Shown: positions 1-7,330, numbered from the stretch's first letter. The stretch: 39,385 nucleotides of DNA from an uncultured Candidatus Saccharibacteria bacterium (GCA_964374025.1 CAYJWU010000002.1:25495-64879), one strand, 5' to 3'. The notes: generated from the letters alone by a model not told the origin. Numbers and translations are program-made.

Positions 1-932
1 CTATGCGACGCGCTCATCCATGGCTTTATAGCACCTTCGGATATGCTTAAACTTTTGCTTGGAATTACAAGGTCAGGATCGGCGTCCATTTCCGTGCCAA
101 GGCCGGAACACGCGGGGCAAGCGCCGTAAGGACTATTAAAAGAGAACGTCCTTGGCTGAATCTCTGCCATAGAGAAACCGCATTTGGGACAAGCAAAATT
201 CTCGGAAAAAATAGCGTCCCCCACAATTACCGTGCCCTTTCCCATGCGTATTGCCATTTCTATAGAATCCACAAGCCGGACTCTATCCATTTCTTCATCG
301 CCATTCATTTTGTCAACCACAATCTCTATATTATGAATTTTTTTCGGATTAAGCTCGCGGTCTATTGCCTCTTCTATGCTCAAAAATTCCTTATCAAGAC
401 GCACCCTGGTAAATCCCCGCTCTTGCGCTTCTTCAAGAACCGCTTTGTGCTCGCCTTTCTTCCCGCGAATAACCGGCCCCAAAATAAGAAATTCGCCTTT
501 TAATTTTGAAACCTCATCCGCAATTTGGGAAACCGTCTGGCGCCTTATCTCGATACTACATTTTGGGCAAAAGGGCGTGCCGGCGCGCGCGAATAAAAGA
601 CGGAGATAATCATATATCTCCGTTATTGTGCCCACTGTAGAACGGGGATTGCGCGAAACACTCTTTTGATCTATTGATATCGCGGGCGATATGCCCGTGA
701 TTTCATCCACGTCCGGCTTCTGCATAATTCCCAAAAACTGCCGCGCGTATGCGGAAAGCGACTCCACGTAGCGCCTCTGGCCTTCGGCAAAAATCGTGTC
801 AAAGGCAAGCGAAGATTTTCCCGAGCCGGACAATCCCGTAATCACAACGAGCTTGTTCTTCGGAATCTTCAAGCTTACATTTTTCAGATTATGCACACGC
901 GCGTTTTTTATATGGAGAAATTCGTCCCTCAT
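1..932 (-). CDS. uvrA: Excinuclease ABC subunit A (UvrA), N-terminal ~310 aa; the gene continues past the window start
   Basis: It is absent from the ORF track because it is open at the window edge. Minus-strand translation from the ATG at 932-930 gives [68 protein letters not shown]...[32 protein letters not shown]. This shows the Walker A motif and Cys4 zinc module typical of UvrA. Confidence 0.9.
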   Translation of the reverse strand, partial: MRDEFLHIKNARVHNLKNVSLKIPKNKLVVITGLSGSGKSSLAFDTIFAEGQRRYVESLSAYARQFLGIMQKPDVDEITGISPAISIDQKSVSRNPRSTVGTITEIYDYLRLLFARAGTPFCPKCSIEIRRQTVSQIADEVSKLKGEFLILGPVIRGKKGEHKAVLEEAQERGFTRVRLDKEFLSIEEAIDRELNPKKIHNIEIVVDKMNGDEEMDRVRLVDSIEMAIRMGKGTVIVGDAIFSENFACPKCGFSMAEIQPRTFSFNSPYGACPACSGLGTEMDADPDLVIPSKSLSISEGAIKPWMSASH

Positions 933-1009
933 AATGCGAGCCCATTATACACGGAATTCTTTGTCAATACAAGGCGTGATTTGTGGGAGGCGATAAAGAA
1001 CTTGAAATA

Positions 1010-1375
1010 ATGCAGGGAGTTTATTATCATATAAATATGGAGGTTAGAAAAAAGAAAAAAGAAACAACGCTCAATGACTTGGCTTTAATGGTGGGCAAGG
1101 GTTTTGCAGATGTAGACAAACGTTTCGAGCAAGTAGACAAACGTTTCGAGCAAGTAGACAAACGTTTCGAGCAAGTAGACGGGCGCTTCGGAAAGGTAGG
1201 GGGGCGCCTTGATAGAATTGATAATACTCTCGCTCATGTAGATGCGCGACTAGACAGAATAGAAAAAGATATTCAGGAAATAAACAGCTTACTCGTGACT
1301 CGCGATGAATTTGATGATTTAATGGCGCGAGTGAAGTATATGGAGATGAAGTTAGGTATAGAAAGCGGAAAGTGA
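1010..1375 (+). CDS. Hypothetical coiled-coil protein with heptad repeats (FEQVDKR x3, then FEQVDGR, FGKVGGR, LDRIDNT, LDRIEKD)
   Basis: The ORF is 983..1375, and the first in-frame ATG is at 1010. A heptad periodicity is encoded by a 21-bp tandem repeat. A terminator hairpin lies downstream. I recognise no family. Confidence 0.55.
   Translation: MQGVYYHINMEVRKKKKETTLNDLALMVGKGFADVDKRFEQVDKRFEQVDKRFEQVDGRFGKVGGRLDRIDNTLAHVDARLDRIEKDIQEINSLLVTRDEFDDLMARVKYMEMKLGIESGK
1112..1216 (+). repeat. 21-bp tandem repeat GTAGACAAACGTTTCGAGCAA, three perfect copies plus two degenerate copies
   Basis: The perfect copies are at 1112-1132, 1133-1153 and 1154-1174. Diverged copies are at 1175-1195 and 1196-1216. 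All are in frame (7 codons per unit). Confidence 0.9.
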
Positions 1376-1405
1376 TGGTACGGGCCCGCATGGAAAGCTA
1401 TAAAC

Positions 1406-1430
1406 GCCCGACTTTCCGCCGGGCTTTTTT
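1406..1430 (+). terminator. Rho-independent terminator candidate after the coiled-coil ORF
   Basis: GCCCG (1406-1410) pairs with CGGGC (1420-1424), followed by TTTTTT (1425-1430). An alternative stem is GGAAAG (1392-1397) with CTTTCC (1412-1417). Confidence 0.55.
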
Positions 1431-1456
1431 GTTCAAACCACTCTAGCCCTACCTTT

Positions 1457-1474
1457 TACTCACGATCGTGAGTA
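1457..1474. repeat. 18-bp perfect palindrome TACTCACGATCGTGAGTA, same core as the palindromes at 36302-36351 and 37026-37059
   Basis: I checked the base pairing position by position. It is intergenic, 49 bp upstream of the uvrC ATG. Confidence 0.85.
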
Positions 1475-1522
1475 TATGGTAGCTCTTGCCTAAATTCAAA
1501 ATAAATGCTAAAATAATGCTTA

Positions 1523-2941
1523 ATGATTCGAGTTCGAAAATCCATCCTTCTCTCTTCGCTCCCCCCTAGGCCGGGGGTTTATAGTCTAAAAAATGCGCGC
1601 GGAGAGATAATTTACATCGGAAAATCCACGAATATACGCAAACGCGTAGAAACTCACCTTTCCCGCTACGCGGGATCTGGCGTAGCCAGAAAAAATGCAA
1701 CCCCCCTTGCGAGCGAGACGGCGCGGGTTGATTATATTGTTACCGCGAACGAGCCGGAGGCGCTCATAAAAGAATCCGAACTCATCAAAAAATACCAGCC
1801 CCGATACAATATAATGCTTCGCGACGATAAGCAGTATTTTTATGTCTGCTTTACCAACGAAACATTCCCACGCATTGTTGTAACGCACCAGCCACGCGGT
1901 TTGAAAATTGGAAATTGGAAATTGAAAATTCCACCCCGCGGGGTGGCTGGTCCCTTCACCGACGGCAAATCTCTCAAAACAGTTCTAAGGTATTTGCGAA
2001 GGGCATTCCCCTACTATACCCAGACGCACAGAAAACTACCTTGCCAGTATTGCCACATCGGCCTTTGCCCGGGGCCCGATCCGAATACAAAAGGGTATAA
2101 AAAAGACATCGCAAAAATAAAAGCAATATTAAATGGCCGAAAACCGCGCGTCATCACTTCGCTAAAAAAGGAGATGGCACAATTTGCCAAAGGCCTCGAA
2201 TTCGAAAAGGCGGCAAAGTCGCGCGATCAGATTCGGGCGCTTGAAAATATATTCGCACATAACACCCGGGGAGGAAGGTTTTATCCTCTCGCTTTCCTCG
2301 GCCCGCCCAGCGAGCGGGCCTCAGGGTCTCGGCCTTCGCTCCTCCCGACTGCGGTCGGGAGACCATGCCCGCTTCGGCCTCGAAACCCGCGAGAGAATAA
2401 AACCTTCCTCCTAGACCAAGTATCAAGCCTGGAGGCCTACGACATCTCCAATATTCAAGGCAAAGAGCCGGTTGCTTCTATGGTGCGGTTCGATGATGGC
2501 AAGCCGAATAAATCTATGTACAGAAAATTCAAAATTCGGTTTCCGCAAAAGCCAAATGACACCGCAATGATAAGAGAGGTAATACACCGCCGGCTTGCGC
2601 ATCCAGAATGGCCGTATCCCGACGCGTTTCTGATTGATGGCGGAAGAGGCCAGCTGAACGCAGCGCTGCAAGAATTTTCAATTTTTCCCCCTTCGGGGGA
2701 TCTCCCGCAGGGAGACAATTTTTCCCCCTACGGGGGATCTCCCGCAGGGAGACAATTTTCAATTGTTGCTCTGGCAAAAAAGCACAACGAATTATATGTT
2801 CCAAATCGGAAGAAGCCCATACCCCTCAACGCCCTTCCTAAAAACATTCAAAATTTATTCATGCACGCCCGCGACGAAGCTCACAGATTTGCGATATCTT
2901 ATCATAGAAAACTGCACAGAAAAACATCCCTCGGTGTTTGA
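1523..2941 (+). CDS. uvrC: Excinuclease ABC subunit C (UvrC), short form lacking the C-terminal (HhH)2 domain and carrying three in-frame insertions
   Basis: It has a GIY-YIG N-terminus (GVYSLKNARGEIIYIGKSTNIRKRV...YQPRYNIMLRDDKQYFYV). It has a UVR motif (ITSLKKEMAQFAKGLEFEKAAKSRDQIRALENI). It has an RNase H-like endonuclease domain (LEAYDISNIQG...FLIDGGRGQLNAA...IVALAKKHNE). The protein ends right after HARDEAHRFAISYHRK. Confidence 0.85.
   Translation: MIRVRKSILLSSLPPRPGVYSLKNARGEIIYIGKSTNIRKRVETHLSRYAGSGVARKNATPLASETARVDYIVTANEPEALIKESELIKKYQPRYNIMLRDDKQYFYVCFTNETFPRIVVTHQPRGLKIGNWKLKIPPRGVAGPFTDGKSLKTVLRYLRRAFPYYTQTHRKLPCQYCHIGLCPGPDPNTKGYKKDIAKIKAILNGRKPRVITSLKKEMAQFAKGLEFEKAAKSRDQIRALENIFAHNTRGGRFYPLAFLGPPSERASGSRPSLLPTAVGRPCPLRPRNPRENKTFLLDQVSSLEAYDISNIQGKEPVASMVRFDDGKPNKSMYRKFKIRFPQKPNDTAMIREVIHRRLAHPEWPYPDAFLIDGGRGQLNAALQEFSIFPPSGDLPQGDNFSPYGGSPAGRQFSIVALAKKHNELYVPNRKKPIPLNALPKNIQNLFMHARDEAHRFAISYHRKLHRKTSLGV
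1900..1946 (+). repeat. Heptamer array (ATTGRAA x4, containing TTGAAAATT twice) fused to the 16-bp perfect palindrome CCACCCCGCGGGGTGG, in frame in uvrC
   Basis: TTGAAAATT is at 1901-1909 and 1922-1930, and TTGGAAATT is at 1908-1916 and 1915-1923. I verified the palindrome at 1931-1946. The flanking arms CCAGCCACGCGG (1888-1899) and CCGCGGGGTGGCTGG (1936-1950) are imperfectly complementary. The stretch encodes LKIGNWKLKIPPRG. Confidence 0.8.
2270..2411 (+). repeat. 142-bp GC-rich structured insertion with 23-nt terminal inverted repeats, in frame in uvrC
   Basis: GGAGGAAGGTTTTATCCTCTCGC (2270-2292) pairs with GCGAGAGAATAAAACCTTCCTCC (2389-2411) with one mismatch. Internal hairpins are GGCCCGC/GCGGGCC and CTCCCGAC-TGCG-GTCGGGAG. 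It is translated as GGRFYPLAFLGPPSERASGSRPSLLPTAVGRPCPLRPRNPRENKTFLL. Confidence 0.8.
2679..2752 (+). repeat. Two tandem 37-bp copies of a double-hairpin element (CAATTTTTCCCCC-TTCG/TACG-GGGGGATCTCCC-GCAG-GGAGA), in frame in uvrC
   Basis: Unit 1 is 2679-2715 and unit 2 is 2716-2752, and each begins with CAATTTTT. A third related copy is at 35558-35597. Confidence 0.9.
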
Positions 2942-2987
2942 AAATTTGGGAATTGAAAATTGATTGAAAATTGCAAAATTGAAAATT
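2938..2987 (+). repeat. Array of four perfect TTGAAAATT 9-mers immediately after the uvrC stop codon
   Basis: The copies are at 2938-2946, 2953-2961, 2964-2972 and 2979-2987. The same 9-mer occurs in the uvrC-internal array at 1901-1930. Confidence 0.85.
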
Positions 2988-2999
2988 ACATACTATAAT
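2971..2999 (+). promoter_or_regulatory. Sigma70-like promoter giving a leaderless or near-leaderless transcript for the holin-like gene
   Basis: The -35 is TTGCAA (2971-2976), the spacer is 17 nt, and the -10 is TATAAT (2994-2999). The TTG/ATG start lies at 3004/3007, only about 5-8 nt downstream. Confidence 0.5.
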
Positions 3000-3003
3000 A
3001 CGG

Positions 3004-3342
3004 TTGATGCTGAAATTTTTCTTCAAAGCGCTCGTAAACTCATCTGCCGTTTATCTTGCCGGTAACTTAGTAGAGGGCTTTACATTTTCGGGGAACTTTG
3101 CTATACTGGCTGGAATAGGATTAGCGCTTGCCATATTCCAATTATTCATCTACCCCATTATAAAAATAGTGGCATTCCCATTGGTTTTTATAAGTTTTGG
3201 ATTTTTCAGCTTTTTTGTAAACATGCTCGCCCTATGGGCGCTCGCCTACTATATCCCGGGCTTTACGATTGAGGGCATAATACCGCTGATCTGGGGTACG
3301 ACAATATTGGGCATAGTGAATCTATTATTCTTCTGGCTATAA
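3004..3342 (+). CDS. Small integral membrane protein, phage-holin-4_2/DUF360-like
   Basis: The 112-aa product has 3-4 predicted TM helices (FAILAGIGLALAIFQLFIYPIIKIVAFPLVFISFGFFSFFVNMLALWAL). Composition and length are typical of that family. The family call is from memory. Confidence 0.6.
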   Translation: MMLKFFFKALVNSSAVYLAGNLVEGFTFSGNFAILAGIGLALAIFQLFIYPIIKIVAFPLVFISFGFFSFFVNMLALWALAYYIPGFTIEGIIPLIWGTTILGIVNLLFFWL

Positions 3343-3343
3343 A

Positions 3344-3553
3344 ATGATACTAAGTATCGCGCAAATTATAATTTCAATCCTCCTTATAACAACTATTCTT
3401 CTCCAGCAAAGGGGCTCGGGTCTTTCCAGCGCTTTCGGGGGAGGGGGAGGAGTGTACTACCAGAAACGAGGGATGGAAAAAATTCTTTTCAGGGCAACAA
3501 TTGCGCTTTCGGCGCTCTTTGTAATTACGGCTTTTCTCAACCTGATAAAATAA
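3344..3553 (+). CDS. secG: Preprotein translocase subunit SecG
   Basis: The 69-aa product has two TM helices separated by the Gly-rich loop LLQQRGSGLSSAFGGGGG, which is characteristic of SecG. Confidence 0.8.
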   Translation: MILSIAQIIISILLITTILLQQRGSGLSSAFGGGGGVYYQKRGMEKILFRATIALSALFVITAFLNLIK

Positions 3554-3555
3554 AA

Positions 3556-5280
3556 TTGGATCTAAATTCTCTTAAACAAATAAAATACCCAAAGTGGTCT
3601 TTACTCTGGCGCGCTTTTTCCAAAAGAGAAAAGTCTATTCTCGTATTTTTAACTTTCCTGATAGTTTCATCTGTTCTAACCCTTGGCGTGCGATTCTACT
3701 ACGCAAGTACCCAAATAGCTCCCGCCCGGGGAGGGACCCATGTTGAATCCGCTCTTGGCATACCGAGGTTCGTAAACCCCGCGTTATCCCAAATAAGCGA
3801 TGTTGACCGCGATATAACGAAGATCGTCTACGCCGGGCTGATGAAATACAACAAAGACGGCAAGCTCCTTACGGACCTCGCGGAAAGCTATAAAATTGAA
3901 AATAATACGCTATACACATTTAAGATCCGCGAGAATATATTCTGGCATGATGGAGAACTTCTGACCGCCGACGATATAGTTTTTACAATAAAACTTATTC
4001 AGGATCCCAAATACGCAAGCCCCATACGCCTAAACTGGCAGGGCGTGGAGGTAGAAAAAATTGATGATTTTACCGTAACTTTCAAACTGGTAAGCCCCTA
4101 TAGCCCATTTTTAGAAAATATGACGCAAGGCATACTTCCCAAGCACATTTGGGGAAATATCGCGCCGAAAAGCTTTCCGCTCGCGGAAGCCAACCTTCAG
4201 CCAATAGGAGCGGGGCCGTATAAATTTGAAAAATTCCAGAAAGACAATACCGGCAACATAAAATCCTACACATTAAAAATAAATGACAAATATTATGGCG
4301 CAGCGCCTCACGTAGAACGCATTGTTTTTAAGTTTTTTGACTCGGAAGACGAGGCGCTCCGGGCGTTAAAAAATCAGGAGGTCAGCGCCATGAGCTTTGT
4401 ATCCGGCTACAACAGCGCAGAAGCAGAAACCGGCGGCAATGTACGGCTTTATACATTCAACTTGCCGAGATACTTCGCCGCGTTCCTAAACCAGTCAAAA
4501 TCCAAAGCGCTTGCGGAGAAACCGGTGAGGGAAGCGCTAACGCTCGCGACGAATAGGGTTGAAATCATAAATCTCGCGGCCGGTGGAAATGGAAAACCTT
4601 CATTCGGCCCGATAGTGCGCGAGCTTCTTGGGTATAACCCTCAAATTGAGGAAAAATATCAATTTAATTTAGACGAGGCAAAAAGGATACTTGCGAGTTC
4701 CAAATGGATTGACACCGATGGCGACGGAGTCCTTCAAAAAACCTTGCCGCAAGATAAGGAGCCTACCTCCCTTGAAATAAATCTTGTTACGGTAGAATGG
4801 CCGGAGCTGGAAAAAGTAATGCGGGTTCTTAAGGAACAATGGGAAAAAATAGGAGCGCGGGTTATAATAAACGCGTACACGCTTGGCGAATTACAGCAAG
4901 AATATATAAGACCCCGAGAATACGAAGCCCTTATTTTTGGGCAGGTTGTGGGCATTGATCCGGATCCGTTCTCGTTCTGGCACTCTTCCCAAAAGAAAGA
5001 TCCGGGGCTAAACCTCGCCTTGTACGACAATAAAACCGCCGATAAACTATTGGAGGAGGCCCGCCAAACCCTGGACTCGCAAGCGCGCGCTGAAAAATAC
5101 GTCCTGTTTCAAAATGCCATAATAAATGATATTCCCGCTATCTTCCTATACAGTCCGACATATCTTTATCCTGTCAATAAAACTATTAAGGGAATCCTCG
5201 AGGGTAAAATCGCGGACCCATCTTTGCGATTTTCCGATATAACAGATTGGTATATTGATACAAAGCGGGTATGGAAATAA
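3556..5280 (+). CDS. ABC transporter substrate-binding protein, family 5 (peptide/nickel type), with an N-terminal TM anchor
   Basis: The 574-aa product apparently starts at a TTG 3 nt after the secG stop. It has an N-terminal TM segment and SBP_bac_5-like blocks (TFKIRENIFWHDGELLTADDIVFT; GAGPYKF; DPDPFSFWHS). Confidence 0.75.
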   Translation: MDLNSLKQIKYPKWSLLWRAFSKREKSILVFLTFLIVSSVLTLGVRFYYASTQIAPARGGTHVESALGIPRFVNPALSQISDVDRDITKIVYAGLMKYNKDGKLLTDLAESYKIENNTLYTFKIRENIFWHDGELLTADDIVFTIKLIQDPKYASPIRLNWQGVEVEKIDDFTVTFKLVSPYSPFLENMTQGILPKHIWGNIAPKSFPLAEANLQPIGAGPYKFEKFQKDNTGNIKSYTLKINDKYYGAAPHVERIVFKFFDSEDEALRALKNQEVSAMSFVSGYNSAEAETGGNVRLYTFNLPRYFAAFLNQSKSKALAEKPVREALTLATNRVEIINLAAGGNGKPSFGPIVRELLGYNPQIEEKYQFNLDEAKRILASSKWIDTDGDGVLQKTLPQDKEPTSLEINLVTVEWPELEKVMRVLKEQWEKIGARVIINAYTLGELQQEYIRPREYEALIFGQVVGIDPDPFSFWHSSQKKDPGLNLALYDNKTADKLLEEARQTLDSQARAEKYVLFQNAIINDIPAIFLYSPTYLYPVNKTIKGILEGKIADPSLRFSDITDWYIDTKRVWK

Positions 5281-5283
5281 ATA

Positions 5284-5368
5284 GCCCAAGTGGCGGAATT
5301 GGCTATACGCGCAGCGTTCAGGGCGCTGTGGGCGCAAGCCCGTGTGGGTTCGACTCCCACCTTGGGCA
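5284..5368 (+). tRNA. tRNA-Leu (anticodon CAG), long variable arm
   Basis: The acceptor stem is GCCCAAG/CTTGGGC. The anticodon stem-loop is CAGCG-TTCAGGG-CGCTG. The variable arm is TGGGCGCAAGCCCGT. The T arm is GTGGG-TTCGACT-CCCAC. The discriminator is A, and CC but not the final A is encoded. Confidence 0.9.
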
Positions 5369-5408
5369 CCTAGTTTAATTCTCTAAATTAAAATTAAAAA
5401 TTTTGTTT

Positions 5409-7184
5409 ATGACTCCAATACAATTTAGAAAAACCAGAAGAAGATCACCAGGAAAAACTATGGGGGGGCCTATCTTGAGGCCCCAAACAACTCCCCCGCC
5501 AGAACCAGACGCCACAGAGGGCCTAAAGGTAATAGCGCTCGGGGGGCTCGAGGAAGTGGGACGCAATATGACCCTTTTTGAATACAAGGGCGATATTGTA
5601 ATTGTTGACGTGGGCCTTCAGTTTCCGGAGGAGGACATGCCCGGAATTGATTATATAATTCCAAATATAGAGTACCTGAAAGGCAAGGAAAAAAATATTC
5701 AGGGCATAATAATCACGCACGGCCATCTTGATCACATCGGGGCTATATCCCACCTTGCTCCCAAGCTCGGATATCCCCCGATATACGCAACGGCCCTATC
5801 GCGGGGAATAATCCTCAAACGTCACCAGGACTTTCCAAACGGCGGCGAACTTAATATTTCCACCATCAAAAAGACGGATAAATTAATCCTTGGCCACTTC
5901 AACGTAGAATTTTTCCATGTAAACCATAATATCCCAGACAGCGTGGGCATTGCCCTGCATACGCCCGAAGGACTCGTTATCCACACCGGGGATTTCAAAT
6001 TTGACCACAGTCCGATAGGAGATGAGCCGGCAGACCTCGCGCGCATAGTACAGATTGCGACGCAAGCGAACGGCGTGCTTCTGATGCTTTCTGATTCCAC
6101 AAACGCGGAGGAGCCGGGGTACGCGATTTCTGAAAAACAGGTTCAGGAAAGCTTGGATGAAATCATAAAGCAAGCGGAGGGGCGGGTAATTGCCGCGACT
6201 TTTGGGTCGCTCATTTCAAGGATCCAGCAGCTTATAAATATCGCGGAAAAATACGGGAGAAAACTCGCGGTTGACGGCTATTCAATGCGCACAAATGTCG
6301 AGATCGCGCGGGAACTCGGCTTCCTTAATGTTAAAAAGGAAACACTTATATCTATTAAGGAAGTTCACAGGTACGATCCAAGCAAAATCATCATCGCCTG
6401 CACCGGAGCGCAGGGAGAAGGAGAGGCCGTTTTAATGCGCATTGCCCACCGAGAACATAGTCACGTGCAAATACAGAAAGGAGATTCCGTGATATTCTCC
6501 TCTTCGGTGGTTCCCGGAAACGAACGGTCCGTGAGCGCGCTTAAAGATCTCCTGATGTATCAGGGCGCCAAAATTTTCCATTCTAAACTCATGGATGTCC
6601 ACGCGTCCGGCCACGCGCAGGTAGAGGATCTCAAACTGATGCTCAATCTTGTAAAGCCAAAGTATCTCATGCCAATACACGGAAACCATTTTATGCTTCG
6701 CATGCATGGAGAAATCGCGGAGAGTTTGGGTATGCCGAGCGAAAATGCTCTTATCCTTGCCAATGGGAAACCCGTCGTATTCAAAGATGGCAAGGCGTAT
6801 ATTCTAAAAGGCCGCGTGCCGACAAACTATGTCATGGTAGACGGCCTTGGGATAGGAGATGTGGGCAATGTCGTGCTCCGGGATAGACAGCTGATGGCGC
6901 AGGACGGAATATTTGTTATTATAGCGACAGTGGATACAAAAACAGGAAAACTCAAGGGTAATCCGGACATTATTTCGCGCGGATTCGTATATCTTCGCGA
7001 ATCGCAGGAACTTCTTATGGATGTGCGAAGGAGAGTAAGAAAAATAATTGAAGGATCATTTGCCTCCAATCATACCCTTAACACTACATATCTTAAAGAC
7101 GAAATGAGAAACAAAACCGGGCAATTCTTATTCCAGAAGACCGAACGAAGACCGATGGTTATTCCTGTTATAATCGAAGTGTAA
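5409..7184 (+). CDS. rnj: Ribonuclease J (metallo-beta-lactamase/beta-CASP family)
   Basis: Matching blocks are KVIALGGLEEVGRNMTLFEY, the HGHLDHIG motif, and beta-CASP plus a C-terminal domain. The ATG is at 5409 (the ORF opens at 5403). There is a ~38-aa Pro-rich N-terminal extension relative to Bacillus RNase J. Confidence 0.85.
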   Translation: MTPIQFRKTRRRSPGKTMGGPILRPQTTPPPEPDATEGLKVIALGGLEEVGRNMTLFEYKGDIVIVDVGLQFPEEDMPGIDYIIPNIEYLKGKEKNIQGIIITHGHLDHIGAISHLAPKLGYPPIYATALSRGIILKRHQDFPNGGELNISTIKKTDKLILGHFNVEFFHVNHNIPDSVGIALHTPEGLVIHTGDFKFDHSPIGDEPADLARIVQIATQANGVLLMLSDSTNAEEPGYAISEKQVQESLDEIIKQAEGRVIAATFGSLISRIQQLINIAEKYGRKLAVDGYSMRTNVEIARELGFLNVKKETLISIKEVHRYDPSKIIIACTGAQGEGEAVLMRIAHREHSHVQIQKGDSVIFSSSVVPGNERSVSALKDLLMYQGAKIFHSKLMDVHASGHAQVEDLKLMLNLVKPKYLMPIHGNHFMLRMHGEIAESLGMPSENALILANGKPVVFKDGKAYILKGRVPTNYVMVDGLGIGDVGNVVLRDRQLMAQDGIFVIIATVDTKTGKLKGNPDIISRGFVYLRESQELLMDVRRRVRKIIEGSFASNHTLNTTYLKDEMRNKTGQFLFQKTERRPMVIPVIIEV

Positions 7185-7330
7185 AAGCGAATTAACCTAA
7201 TTGACCTAATTATTCTAATTGACCTAAGGAAATCCCAATCCCAAATGTCTAAATTTATTTTAGAAATTAGGCATCTAAGTCATTGAGATTTGTTTAGAAT
7301 AATTAGAGTAATTAGAATAATTTTTTTGCC

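Noticed and set aside
376-996. Plus-strand ORFs 376..609 and 796..996.
   Set aside because: They are antisense to an unmistakable UvrA reading frame and show no protein-like motifs.
2270-2411. I considered whether the 142-bp uvrC insert could be a self-cleaving ribozyme, a small intron or an intein-coding segment.
   Set aside because: I could not find hammerhead (CUGANGA...GAAA), twister or HDV-like cores, or group I/II cores. It is far too short for an intein and lacks the intein blocks. This remains unresolved without a covariance-model scan.
2679-2752. I considered whether the 37-bp tandem units, or the 43-bp pair at 35249/35409, could be a CRISPR array.
   Set aside because: There are only two copies each. 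The first pair has no spacers and lies in a coding frame. The second pair has a single 117-bp interval. No cas genes are present.
7185-7330. An AT-rich repetitive spacer upstream of trpS (TAATTGACCTA x2, inverted AATTAGAATAATT), examined as a possible T-box leader.
   Set aside because: It is too short and lacks the AGAGA, specifier-loop and T-box (GGUGGUACCGCG-like) sequences. I could not define a convincing promoter either.
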